IMG/VR virus record: IMGVR_UViG_3300026488_000245
Strand: one strand, 5' to 3'
Source: an uncultured virus (IMG/VR IMGVR_UViG_3300026488_000245)
Lineage: Duplodnaviria; Heunggongvirae; Uroviricota; Caudoviricetes
Length of the DNA stretch: 64,000 bases
Within the stretch, counting starts at the first letter, position 1. Each line of letters starts with the position of its first letter. Positions 1-12,890 of the stretch are shown piece after piece. Position numbers and translations under genes: made by a program. The notes beneath the pieces are model-generated. The model did no database searches, had not been told where the DNA came from, and saw only the letters and a list, made by a program, of their open reading frames with translations.

Positions 1-1704
1 ATGTATGAAATTATTGAAAAATTGCCTGATTGACTAATAAAGTTAAAAAATAAAGAATGAAAATATAATTTTGTTAATAAAGAATGAAAGTTATTGAGTA
101 AACAATAGTTTGATGAATTAAGAAATTTTAGTGAATGATATGCAGCAATAGAAATTGAATGAAAATGATAGAATTTTATTAATAAAAATTGAGAATTATT
201 AAATAAAATATAGTTCGATGAAGTTTAGGATTTTTCAGAATGATTTGCTGAGGTATATATTGAATGAAAGTGATATAATTTTATAGATAAAAAGTGAAAT
301 TTTTTAAGTAAAAAATAGTTTGATAATGCTTATTCTTTTAAAGAATGATTTGCAGCTATTTATATTAAATGAAAATGATAGAATTTTATAGATAAATATT
401 GAAAAAAAATAAGTAGAATATAGTTTGATAATGTTCTTAACTTTTCTGAATGATTTGCTAAGGTTTATATAAGAAGAAAGTGATGTAATTTTATAGATAA
501 AAATTGAAAATTATTAAGTAAGGAGTAGTTTTATAGTGCTTATAGTTTTAAAGAATGATTTGCGGCTGTTGAAATCGAATGAGAATGATAGAATTTCATA
601 GATAAAAATAAAAAATTTTTAAGTAAAATATAGTTTGATAATGCTGAGGATTTTAATGAATGATATGCAAGAGTATATATTGAAAGAAAATGATATAACT
701 TTATTGATAAAAACTGAAATTTTTTAAGTGAAAAGTAGTTTGACAACGCTTAGGATTTTTCTGAGTGATATGCTAATATTTATACAAGTTGAAAATGATG
801 GAATTTTATAGATAAAAAATGAAATTATTTAAGTAAAGAATAGTTTGATTATGCTTATGAATTTTCTGAATGATAGGCTGCTGTAAAAGTTAAGTGGAAA
901 AAATAGAATTTTATAGATAAAAACTGAAATTATCTAAGCAAAATATAGTTTGATGATGCAGAAAAATTTAAAGAATGATATGCAAAAGTTTATATTGAAT
1001 GAAAATGATAGAACTTTATTAATAAAAATTGAGATTTATTAAGTAAACAATAGTTTGATAAAGTTTGAAATTTTTACGGATGACTTGCTAATGTTTACAA
1101 AGAATGAAAATAGAACTAGATAAATAATAAATGAGAAATTTTAAGCAAAATATAGTTTGATAAAATAGAATCTTTTTTTGAATGATATTCAAAAGTTTAT
1201 ATTGAATGAAAATGATGAAATTATATAAATAAAGAATGAAAAATTATAAGTAAAATATAGTTTAATGAAGTTAATAACTTTAAAGGATGATTTGCTTTAG
1301 TTTATAATGGAAAAAAATGATATAATTTTATAGATAAAAATTGAAATCTTTTAAGTAAAACATAGTTTGAAAAAGCTCATAATTTTTCTGAATGATATGC
1401 TGCTGTTTGCATAAAATGAAAATGATAGAATTTTATTAATAAAAAATGAAAAATATTATGTGAAAAATATTTTGATGAAATAGATGATTTTTTTAAATGA
1501 TATGCAGAAGTTTATATCAAAAGAAAATGATATAATTTTATCGATAAAAACTGAAAATTATTAAGTAAAATATAGTTTGATGACATTTATGATTTTTATA
1601 AAGACTGATTTCAAAAAGTTCAATATAATAAAAAATATTATTTTATTGATAGAAAATGAAATTCATATAAAAGTTTTATATTTGAAAAGTTATTTAAATG
1701 ATAA
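1..1704 (+). CDS. WG-repeat (KWG-like) protein, about 15 repeats of 35 aa
   Basis: With TGA=G and TAG=W reads MYEIIEKLPDGLIKLKNKEGKYNF...SKQWFDELRNFSEGYAAIEIEGKGWNFINKNG; 105-bp periodicity; ends TAA 1702-1704. Confidence 0.9.
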
Positions 1705-1745
1705 AAATTATAAAATAAGTTTATGATTTTTTCAATCATGAAATA

Positions 1746-2504
1746 ATGTATGAAATTATAAAAAAATTATCTAATTGATTTAAAATAATTAAAAATAAAA
1801 AATGAAAATATAATATTATTGATAAAAATTGAAAAATTTTATTTAAACAATAGTTTGATAAAATTTGAAATTTTTTTGAATGATTTTCTGCAGTTTATAT
1901 TAAATGAAAATGATATAATTTCATTGATAAAAAATGAAACTTATTAAGCAAAATATGGTTTGACGAAGTATAGAATTTTTCTGAATGATTTGCAAAAATT
2001 TTTATTAAACAAAAATGATATAATTTTATTGATAGAAATTGAAATCTTTTATTTAATCAATAGTTTGATGATATTTAGTATTTTAATGATTGATATGCAG
2101 CAATTTATATTAAATGAAAATGATATAACTTTATCAATAAAGATTGAAAAATATTAACTAATAAATAGTTTGACGACGTCTATATTTTTAATGAATGATT
2201 TGCTGCTATTTATATTGAGCAAAAATGACGGAATTTTATAGATAAAAAATGAAATATAATAAGTAAACAATAGTTTGACAGAGTTTATAGTTTTAAAGAA
2301 TGAACTGCTGAAATTTATATTAAATGAAAATGATAGAATTTTATAGATAATAATTGAAATTTAATAAGCAAATAGTAGTTCGTCGAAATTAATGAATTTG
2401 AAAATTGATTTTGAAAAATCTATTATAATAAAAAATAGTTTTTTATTAATAAAGATTGAAATATTTACAATAATTTTTTGTTTAATAAATTATTTAAAAA
2501 ATAA
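1746..2504 (+). CDS. WG-repeat protein, about 6 repeats
   Basis: Paralog of the first gene with the same N- and C-terminal caps; WFD-x4-F-x-G-F/Y-A repeats; TAA stop. Confidence 0.9.
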
Positions 2505-2536
2505 AAATTATAAAATAATTTTTTATTTTTAAGTAA

Positions 2537-3931
2537 ATGATAATGTATAAAATTGATAAAAAATTATTTAGATGAGTAAAAATAATTAAGAATGAAGAAT
2601 GAAAGTATAATTTTATTGATAAAGATTGAAATCTATTAAGTAATATATAGTTTGATAAAGTTTATAAATTTTCTGATTGAATTGCTTTAGTGTATAAAAA
2701 AGAAAAATGATAGAATTATATAAATAAGAAATGAAAATTGTTGAGCAATCAATAGTTTGATAATGCTTAGAATTTTTCTGAATGATTTGGTTTAATTTAT
2801 ATTGAATGAAAGTGATATAATTTTATGAATAAAAAATGAAATCTATTGAGTAAAATATAGTTCGATGATGCTCAATTTTTTACTGAATGACTTGCAAGAA
2901 TTTATACTGAATGAAAATGATAGAATTTTATTAATAAAAAAGGAAGAATTATAAGTAAAATATAGTTTAATAAAGCTAAAAATTTTTCAGAATGATTTGC
3001 TAGTGTTTATAAAGAATGAAAATGATAGAATTTTATAGATAAAAATTGAAATTTAATAAGTGAAATATAGTTTGACGAAGTCTAGAATTTTAATGAATGA
3101 ATTGCTGATGTTTATATTCAATGAATGTGATATAATTTTTTGAATAAAAAAGGAAATCTTTTAAGTAAAATATAGTTTAATGATATTTATAATTTTTTTG
3201 ATTGATTTGCTTTAGTTTATATTGGAAAAAAATGATTTAATTTCATTGATAAAAATTGAAATTTTTTAAGTAATCAATAGTTTAATAAAGCATATGATTT
3301 TTCTGAATGATATGCTAGTGTAAAAATAGAATGAAGATGATAGAACTTTATAGATAAAAACTGAAATTTTTTATTTAATCAATAGTTTGATAAAACTCAA
3401 AATTTTTTTGAATGATATTGAAAAGTATATATAAAATGAAGATGATAGAATTTTATAGATAACAATTGAAATTTTTTATCTAAAACATAGTTTAATGAAG
3501 TTTATGATTTTTGTGAATGATATGCTTTGGTCTATATTGAATGAAAGTGATATAATTTTATAAATAAAGAATGAAATTATTTAAGCAATGAATAGTTTGA
3601 TAATGCTTATGAATTTTTTGAATGATATGCTGCTATTAAAATAAAATGAAAAAAATAGAATTTTATAGATAAAAAATGAAATTATTTAAGTGAAAAATAG
3701 TTTGATGAAGTTTATAATTTCAAAGAATGATTTGCTCCTATTAAGATAAAATGAAAGTGATAGAATTTTATAGATAAAGATGGAAATTATTTATCTAAAT
3801 AGTAGTCTGATAATTTACAATTATTTAAAGATTGATTCTGAAAAGTATTTTATAATTGAAAACAGTATTTTGTTGATAAATATTGAAATAATTATAGTAA
3901 TTTTTTATTTAAAAGATTATTTGAAGAATAA
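2537..3931 (+). CDS. WG-repeat protein, about 12 repeats
   Basis: Same repeat; start at 2537 or 2543; TAA stop. Confidence 0.9.
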
Positions 3932-3971
3932 AATATTATAAAATAATTTTATATTTTAAAAAAATAAAAAA

Positions 3972-4520
3972 ATGCAATTAACTGTTGAAAGATTATCTAA
4001 CTGATTAGAAATAATTAGAAACGAAAGATGAAAATATATTGTTGTAAATGAATATTGAATGCCAGTAAATTAGTGGGAATTTGATGATGTTAAAAGTTTG
4101 ATTGAATGATTTGTAAGAGTTTATATTATATGAAGATGATAGAATTTTATTGATGAAAATTGAAATCTTATAAGTAGCCAGTAGTTTGATAATGCATGGG
4201 ATTTTTCTGAATGATTCGCAAAAATATATATTGAGTGAAGATGATAGAATTTTATAGATAAAAATTGAAATTATTTATGTAGAGAATAGTATGATGCTGC
4301 ACACGAATATAAAAACTGATTTGCTCCTGTTTATATTGATTGAAAATGATAGAATTTTATAGATAGAAAATGAAATCTTTTAAGCAAATAGTAGTTCAAT
4401 AATTTTGTTGAATTTAGAGATTGATTTTGAAAATTTTATCATTATGGCGAATAGTATCCTGTCGATAAAAGATGAAATGTTTATAATGAAAAAATATTTA
4501 AAAAATTATTAAAAAAATAA
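3972..4520 (+). CDS. WG-repeat protein, about 4 repeats
   Basis: Same repeat and caps; TAA stop. Confidence 0.85.
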
Positions 4521-4562
4521 AAATTGTAAAATAAAAATTATTTTATTTTATTTTTTTTAGTA

Positions 4563-5210
4563 ATGTACAAAATTATTGAAAAATTTTTTAATTGAATAAA
4601 AAAAGTTAAAAATAAAAAATGAAAGTATAATCTTATCAATAAAAATTGAAGATTATTGAGTAAAATTTAGTTTGACAAAATCTTATATTTTTCTAAATAG
4701 TATTTTAAAGTTTATATTAAATGAAAATGATAGAATTTTATTGATGATAAATGAGAATTATTAAGCAAACAATAGTTTAGTTTTGTATAGGATTTTGAAG
4801 AATGATATGCAGCTGTAAGAAGTAAGCAGAAATGATAGAATATTATAAATGAGAAATGAAAATTTATAAGTGAGCAATAGTTTGATGGAATCTATAATTT
4901 TTCTGAATGATTCGTAAAAATTTATGCTCAATGAAAATGATGGAATTTTATAGATAAAAATTGAAAGATATTAAGTAAAAAATAGTTCATTTCTGCTTAT
5001 AACTTTCATGAATGATATGCAGAAGTATATGAAGAATGAAAATGATAGAATTTTATGGATAAAAAATGAAACTATTTATCTAAATAGTAGTTTGATAGTC
5101 TTATTGAATTTGAAAATTGATTCTGAAAAATTCATTATAATAGAGAATAGTATTCTATTGATAAGAATTGAAATATTTTTAGCGAATATTTGTTTAAAAA
5201 AATATTTTAA
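4563..5210 (+). CDS. WG-repeat protein, about 5 repeats
   Basis: Same repeat and caps; TAA stop. Confidence 0.85.
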
Positions 5211-5256
5211 AATTTATAAATTATAAAATAATATTTTTATTATTTAAAATTAAAAA

Positions 5257-5802
5257 ATGCGCAATTTTACTAGCGTATCAGATAATTGAATAAAAACAGT
5301 TGTAAACAAAGAATGAAAATAGAATTTTATTGATAAAGATTGAAATCTTTTGAGTAAAAAATAGTTTGATTATGTTTATAGTTTTAAAAACTGATTTGCA
5401 CTTGTTTTTTTTGAATGAAGATGACGGAATTTTATTGACGAAAAATGAAATTATTTAAGTGAAATATAGTTTGATGAAGCATAGAATTTTTGTTGTTGAA
5501 TTGCAATAGTAAAAATTGATTGAAAATATAATTTTATCAATGAAGAATGAAAATTATTAAGTGAAATTTAGTTTGATAGAGTTTATAGTCCCTATGAATG
5601 ATTTGCGAGAGTCTATATTGAATGAAAATGATATAACTATATCGATAAAAATTGAAAATTTTTAAGTGAAATATAGTTTAGAAATGCTAATAATTTTGAT
5701 GAATGAATTTGAGAAATTTTTTATTATAGAGAATAGCGTTCCATTGACAAGAATAGAAATATTTATAGTAATTTTTTAACAAAAAAATTATTTAAAAATT
5801 AA
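5257..5802 (+). CDS. WG-repeat protein, about 4 repeats
   Basis: Same repeat and caps; TAA stop. Confidence 0.85.
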
Positions 5803-5838
5803 AAATATAAAATAATTTTATAAATTTTTATTTTTAAT

Positions 5839-6609
5839 TTAATTATTAATTTTTTTAAGAACTATTATTAACCTTTTTTTATTTGAAAACAAAGGATAAC
5901 AAGTAACTAAAACAATTTTATCTTTCCAACTTAAAAACCTATCTTTAAACTGTTGTTTTGTTAAAACAAATTTATTTACTACTTTATAACTATCTTCTAT
6001 TCATTTTTGTATATCATATAATTTAACTATATCTCATAATTTTAATTTATAAAATTCTCTTCAAATATTTAAAATAGGTTTTCAACTAGAATGAGCAAAA
6101 ATATATAATGTATTATTAGAAATATCATAATATGGAGCAATTGATATGCTTTCTAATTTTTCATTAAATTCTTTAATATTATTTAATTCATTAACATGAA
6201 TATCAAAAGTTTTTCATTTTATTTCTATAAAATCATATATTTTATCTAACTTTGAAAAATTATTTTCTATCTTTATTTTTTCTTTATCTTCTCTCTTATT
6301 TTTTCTCTTATCCTCTTTCTTATTTTTTATTTCTTCATATTCTCTTTTAAATTTAAAATTTTTATATTCTTTTACTATTAATTCATTTCACGATTTATAA
6401 TATATATAAATCGGTTTATAAGAAACATATTTATACTCATCTTCTATAACATATATTTTTTTTTCTATCTTAAAAATTATAATATTATTAAGTATATCTG
6501 ACAAATCAGGAAAAAATCTATAAATTACTTGAAGTCATATAATAAAAGAAATATAAAAAAATACTCATAAAAATATAAAAAACATTATATAATCTATAAC
6601 TTTTCTCAT
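5839..6609 (-). CDS. Sortase family protein with N-terminal membrane anchor
   Basis: YIFAHSS (catalytic His) and IVLVTCYPLFSNKKR (LxTC and Arg); hydrophobic N-terminus. Confidence 0.8.
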
Positions 6610-6637
6610 TTTTTTACAAAAGTTAAAATTAAATTTA

Positions 6638-7678
6638 TTATCCTGTAATGGTAGGATATAAATCAGCTAGTAAATTAAAAACTAATTTTATTTTTTCTTT
6701 ATATGCTTCATGAGGAACATCATAATCAGAAGAAGGATATTTTATTAATTCCCATAAATTATTAAGCAATATATCAAACTTAACTTTTGCGTCTTCATTT
6801 TCAGTAAAATTAAAAACAGAATCTCTAAATTTTTTAACAAAAATATATATTATTTTTAATATCATAGTATTATAATTGAATCAACAATTTTCAAACAAAA
6901 AATTTATTAATTTTTCTTCATATTCTTTTCTTTTTTCTAATAATTTTCATTTTTTTCATAAAGTAAAGAATTCATAAGATCATTTTAAAAATTTTAATTC
7001 TCATATAGCTCAATAAAAATTAATAATTCAATTTTCTTCAAAAACTTTATGAATTGTTTTATCTAACTCTTTTCACACATTTTTTAATTCTTCTAAATTT
7101 ACTTCTTCTCATAATTTATCTAATAATTTTGCATTTTTCAATATATAATTATAAGATACTATTAAATTTCATAAAAGATTAAAGAATATAATATAAAAAA
7201 AAACTTTCTTATGTATAATTAATTTTATTTTTGCTTGTTTTAATTTAGTTAATAAAGAATCATAATCTTTTATTCATATTCTTTTTATTATAAAATAACT
7301 ATCTTTTATTTTTTTATTAAAATATTCTTTTTTATTTTTATTTTCATTTAAGATTTCTATCATATAATCTATTATTTTTTCTATTACAAACATTTTATCT
7401 TCATTATCTGTATCAAGGTCTATTTTTTTGTTCTTTTTTATAAGTTTTATAATTATTTTTTCACTATAATTATCATCTTTTTTTCCGTTATATAATAACA
7501 TATAATCATTAAAAACATCTTTAATTAAATATTTAATTATTTCTATTTCATTATATAATTCTCAAAATAATTTTCATTCTATTCAAGTATAATCGCTAAA
7601 CCTTATAAATTTTTCATCTTTTTGAAATAAATAATTATTCAAATTAGTAAATTCTTTTCTACTTTCATTTTTAAGCAT
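6638..7678 (-). CDS. Hypothetical protein (346 aa)
   Basis: Joins in-frame ORF-track fragments 7274-7501 and 6638-6865 through TGA=Gly. Confidence 0.7.
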
Positions 7679-7805
7679 GGTTTTTAGTTTTTCTATATTA
7701 AAATAAAATAATATGTTTAAAATATAGTAAATAATATAGAAATATAAAAAGTTTAAAAAGAAGTTTCAAATAAATATTGGATTTTTATAATTACATTTTT
7801 TACAG

Positions 7806-9854
7806 ATGCTAAAATCAAATACTGAAAATAATAATAATTTAATAAAATTATCAGTTTTTTTTGATAAATTATCTGCTTTTTGATTATGAGAATTAAAAAG
7901 AAAAATAGAGGAATTAGAACAAGAAACATGAGAAAGGTATTTTATAAATAAAGAAATAGCAACTGAAAGTTTAATCAAATTTGCTCTTTTAGGAAGTCAA
8001 GAAATTATAGTTTCTGAATTGCTTAAAATTCTTAAAAAATATATTGTTATATTAAAAGCACACAATGAACATAATGATAATTCTACGAATTTTTTGCAAT
8101 TGAAAATTTTTGAAGAATTAGAAAATTATTTAATAGAAATTAAAAATAAAAGTTCTAAAAGTATAGAATCTATAACAGTTAAAGATTTAGTTGAAAAAAA
8201 AGAAAAATTAAAATTATGAAAATTTAATTTTTTAGAAAAAATAGAATTAACAAGACTATGAAATGCATTTGTAGTATGATGAAGAACATGAGTTTGAAAA
8301 ACAGCTTTTGCTATGAATTTTATTGATGATTTAATTTTAAATGAAGAAAATATAAGTATATTATATTTCTGAACACAAGAAATTGATGAAGTTAAATTTA
8401 TGGAAAGATTTCTAATTTATAAATGATGAAGAAAATATAAATTTAAATTAAATAAATTAGAAAATTTAATAGAATATAAAAAAATCATAAATACTTTAAT
8501 TTATAATTCAAACAGATTACAAAAATTAAAAGAAATCTATATTAATAATTTTATAAATCAAGTTACCAATAGTTTAAACGTAAGTAATATTGAAAATCTT
8601 TATATTTCATTACATAGAACTTTGAATGAATATATAACATCTTTTATTGAATTTTATAATATAAAAACTAATGAAGTAAATAAAGAAAGACTAAAAAGCA
8701 TTTTAGAATCTTATAAAAACCAGATTTATCAATATTATTTCACTTTTTTAAATAAAGTTGAAAAAATATATAATGTATTTTTCATATTTGAATCTTTATT
8801 TGAATTATTGTGAATGATTAATTGATTAGACTGATTAAAAACTATATTGTCTAATTATCATAATAAGTTTAAAGAAATAAATAAAGATTTTGATAAATTT
8901 AAAAAAGAAGATTTATTATTAAAAGAAGTAAATGAAAAAATAAAATTATTATTAGAAGATTCTGAAAATAAAGAAATTATTAAAGAAAAAATATTAGAAA
9001 ATTCGTTTTTAAAAGATATTGAACAAATTAAAGATATATTATTAGAATATAAAAACAATTTAGAGAGTTATTTTAAAAATAAAGATAAAAATGAACTAGA
9101 AAGCATAATTGTAAAGATGAAAAATCTTTTTACAAAACTTTTAGAAGAATTAAATGCAAAAATAGAAGAAGAACAAAAAGAAATAGATGATATTTTAAAT
9201 GAGATAAAAGAATATCTATTGATTAATGATGTTAAAATTTATTCAAACTTGAATGTAAAATTTATAAAGCAAATGGTAAGAAAAAAATATTATGAATGCA
9301 AAACTGATAATAAAAAATTAGTAGTAATAATTGATTATTTAAATGAAATTGATTATTGAAAATCAATGACTGAATATGAAAAATCATGGAGTAATTGAAA
9401 ATTATTATTAGAATTGACAAGAAAATATAATGTATTTGTTTTATGATTAATTCAAACTAATAAAATTAAAAATGAATTAGAATCAGAGAGAAGTGATTTA
9501 AGATGATGAGAATGAGTAAAATTCAATATTGATTGATATTGAGTTATAGAAGATAGAAGTTATTGATATCATTTAACAGAAAATTGATTATCAAAACATG
9601 AATTAAACTTTCCAATATATGAATTTTGGATTAAAAAAAATAGGCACTGACCACTCTCTAAAAAATACTATATCTTTGATAAAAATATGATAAATTATAT
9701 TCCTATTAATAATGAAATTGAAGTAGAATTGCTTGATAAAGATAAAAAGAAAGAAATAAAATTTAAAAAACAATTAGAAGAAGCATTTGAAAACCAATTA
9801 GAAAAAAGTATTAAAGAAAAGCAAAATGAAGAATTAAATGAGTTAATTATTTAA
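7806..9854 (+). CDS. dnaB: Replicative DNA helicase, DnaB-like, with a large internal insertion
   Basis: Walker A GGRTGVGKTAFAMN (~8278), VVIIDYL (~9327), GLIQTN, IKKNRHGP. Confidence 0.8.
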
Positions 9855-9913
9855 ATTATTTATAATAAATTGTTTTATTTAAAATAGTTTTTTATTTACT
9901 AAATATTAATAAT

Positions 9914-10543
9914 ATGAAACTAAACGACATTATAGAAAAAAAACCTATAAAAGAAAATTGAGACCCAAAAAAAGAAAAAGAAATAATAAATTATTTTTTA
10001 AATGAATATTATAATGCTATAAAAACAAAAGATCTTACATCTTTTGAAGAAGCTCTCAGAAAAGTAGATGAAAATTGATTAAATTTAGATATTGATGAAA
10101 TAGAAGATTTGTTCGCTGATTTTAATAAAAATTTAGTAGAATTTCAAAACAATAATATGCAAGATATAAATGAATTACTTAAGATTCTTCAAATTGAAGA
10201 CTATAAAAACGTAATTAATGATGTTAGAAATAAATTAAAAGAAATAAAAAGCAGAAATTTTTTACTTAAATCAATTATATATAATATTCTTATGTTAATA
10301 GAACCTTATAAATATAAGTATTTTGCTTTAAAAGAAGAAATTCATACTGAAATTTATTTAAATAAAAGAATGGAAGATAAATATGTTAAAGGTTCTGTTA
10401 TTGATTCAGAAGTTAAAAAATATTCTGAATATAAAAAATTTCATTTTTTTGATAGAGCTTATAAATTAACAGAAAAATTATTTGAACAAGTGAATTCTAT
10501 TTATTTCTTGATTAAAGAAATAGAGAGTTATTTAAAAGAATAA
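9914..10543 (+). CDS. Hypothetical helical/coiled-coil protein
   Basis: ATG 9914 is in frame with ORF-track 10109-10543. Confidence 0.7.
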
Positions 10544-10604
10544 TAAAATTATTTTTTGCAAATATAATTCATAATTAAAATTATTTATATTAAAAAATAA
10601 AAAT

Positions 10605-11648
10605 ATGAAATTAGATAGTAAAATAATATTAACTTGAGATAGGCCAACTTGAAAATTACATATATGACATTTTTTTTGAAGTTTAAAAGAAAGATTAAAA
10701 CTACAAAATGAGTTAAAAAAATGAGATGAAATGTATATTTTAATTGCTGATATGCAAGCATTAACAGATAGAAAAGATAAGGAGCAAATAAAAAAAATAA
10801 AAGAAAATATATATGAATTAATGACAGATTATTTATTAATTTGATTAGATTATACTAAAGTAAATTTTGTTTTACAAAGTCAAGTACCTGAAATTTCACA
10901 TATATTTTATATATTCAGCTGCTTTACACCACGCAATTATATAGATGTTCATATACCGCAAGTTAAGCAAGAAGCAAAATTAAAATGAAATAAAAATATT
11001 TCTTTATGATTTTATTTACATCCTATACATCAAGCAGCAGATATATTATCAATTTCAGAAGCTTGAAAAACTATCTATGTGCCAGTTTGAAAAGACCAAA
11101 GCTGAAATTTAAATTATGCTAAATATATATCAAAAAGAATAAATAATATTTCTTCGCAATTATGAAATTGAAAAATATTAAGTGAAGTAAAAGAAATATT
11201 TTGAGTATCAGAAAATATTAAATGATTAGATTGAAAAAAAATGAGTAAATCATTATGAAATGTTATTTATTTAAGAGATTCAAATAAAGATATAGAATAT
11301 AAAATTATGAAATTGATGCCTATTTGATATGATTATAATCAGAAAAAACCTTTAAATATTGAACTATTTAATCAATATACAGAGTTATTTTTTGATAAAG
11401 AAGAAGCAGAATTTTATAAAAAAGAATATTTAGAATTCAATAAACTTCATATAAAAACTTTTAAGAAAAAATTAATAGAAAATATAATCAACTTCCTTGA
11501 AGAAATAAAAATAAATAAAAAAATATTAAATATGAAAGAAGAAGATAAAAGAAGATTTATAGATTTATTAATCAAATTCTGAACAGAAAAATATAAAAAT
11601 AAAGCAATTAAAACTTTAGAAAGATTAAGAAAGATTTTTTCAATTTAA
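10605..11648 (+). CDS. trpS: Tryptophan--tRNA ligase (divergent)
   Basis: ILTGDRPTGKLHIGHFFGSL (HIGH), IADMQALTD, QAADIL, VPVGKDQ, GLDGKKMSKSLGN. Confidence 0.92.
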
Positions 11649-11689
11649 TTAAAAATTTTATATATTTTATATATTATTAAATCATTTTC

Positions 11690-11720
11690 AAAAGTATAAG
11701 CCATAATGGCTTATACTTTT
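11690..11720. terminator. Intrinsic terminator hairpin downstream of trpS
   Basis: AAAAGTATAAGCCA-TAA-TGGCTTATACTTTT perfect inverted repeat followed by a T run. Confidence 0.8.
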
Positions 11721-11914
11721 TTTTATAAAAATTTTATATTTATATATTTACAAAATATTTTTTAAAGAATAAAAAATTTTTTTTACTTTTTTAAAATTTT
11801 TATTAAAATTAAATTATATGAAAATTTTTAAATCTTAAAAAAATTTTTTACTTTTTAAAAATTTTAATTAAAATAATTATATAAAAAACCTTTTAAATCT
11901 TAAATAATTAAAAA

Positions 11915-12544
11915 ATGATAAAGAAATTAAAATTTATTTTTAAAAATTTTTGAAGAAAAGAAGAAATAGAAGAAAATAAATTAGAAGAACTTTTTAGTAA
12001 AAGTTCTAGTATTGATAATGTTGATGACGTAAATATGAATAGTAATATCATAAATAATGTGCATTATAATAATGATGGAAAAAAAGAAAAAGGGTTAAAA
12101 AAACTTTTAAAAAGAATTTGAATTATTATTATATGAATATTTATAATTTTGTTGTTGATATTTGCATATAAATGAATAAGGAGTTTTATAAAGGAAAAAG
12201 AGAAAGAACAAATAAAAAATATGTTAATAAAAATAAATGAAAGAGGAAGTAATTATTTAAGTGAAATTGAAATGAATTATGTTAATTTAAAAATGTTATT
12301 AAAATGATGTATTGACGATTGAAATAAATATATAAAAATGATTGATGAAGATATGAAAAAAATTGAGAATATGAATGTATCAGACTTCAATTTAACAGAG
12401 TTTAGTTTAAATATTTTAGATTCAGAAGAAATGAAGAAAAATAAAATCAAAATAATAAAAGAGAAATGCGAAAAATTATTAGATGTAGTAAATGAATTAG
12501 ATGAAAATACATTAAATACAAAAAATATAAAAGAAAATAAATAA
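11915..12544 (+). CDS. Hypothetical single-pass membrane protein
   Basis: Hydrophobic segment IGIIIIGIFIILLLIFAY; in frame with ORF-track 12338-12544. Confidence 0.7.
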
Positions 12545-12577
12545 CTTTAATTCTTTATATTTTTATAAATAAATAAT

Positions 12578-12832
12578 ATGTTCACAAATATAAAAGAAAA
12601 AATGAATGAATATAAGAAAATAAAGAAGAAAAAAAATTATCTTCAAAATAATCGAAATAATTTTAATAGAAAAGAGGTAAAAAAATTGATAGAGCAGGAA
12701 GATGAAATTAGAAATGAAATTATTGATGAAATTGTTAATATTGCTTGATGATTCATGATAATTTTAGGAATGATATTAATAATTTTATGATTATCAATTA
12801 TATTAGTTCATCTTTTATTAGCAAATATATAA
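12578..12832 (+). CDS. Small membrane protein
   Basis: Basic N-terminus, C-terminal hydrophobic helix, TAA stop. Confidence 0.6.
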
Positions 12833-12860
12833 AAAACAATAATAAAAGCAATATTAATTA

Positions 12861-12890
12861 AAAAAGCTGGAGTTTCAACTCCAGCTTTTT
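12861..12890. terminator. Bidirectional intrinsic terminator between convergent genes
   Basis: AAAAAGCTGGAGT-TTCA-ACTCCAGCTTTTT. Confidence 0.85.

Larger units (their letters stand above)
60..5760 (+). repeat. Degenerate 105-bp coding repeat (about 45 copies across six genes)
   Basis: TAGTTTGA core at 106, 316, 421, 841, 946, 1051, 2648, 2753 and further positions at 105-bp spacing. Confidence 0.9.

Noticed and set aside
60..5760. CRISPR array or DGR template/variable repeats
   Set aside because: The repeats are degenerate 105-bp in-frame coding units with no identical repeat-spacer structure, and no cas or reverse transcriptase gene was seen
7713..7730. Alternative dnaB start at ATG 7713
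   Set aside because: An in-frame TAA follows within six codons
8320..9300. Intein in DnaB (and a split intein in DnaE)
   Set aside because: No Cys/Ser start block, no His-Asn end and no LAGLIDADG motifs were seen
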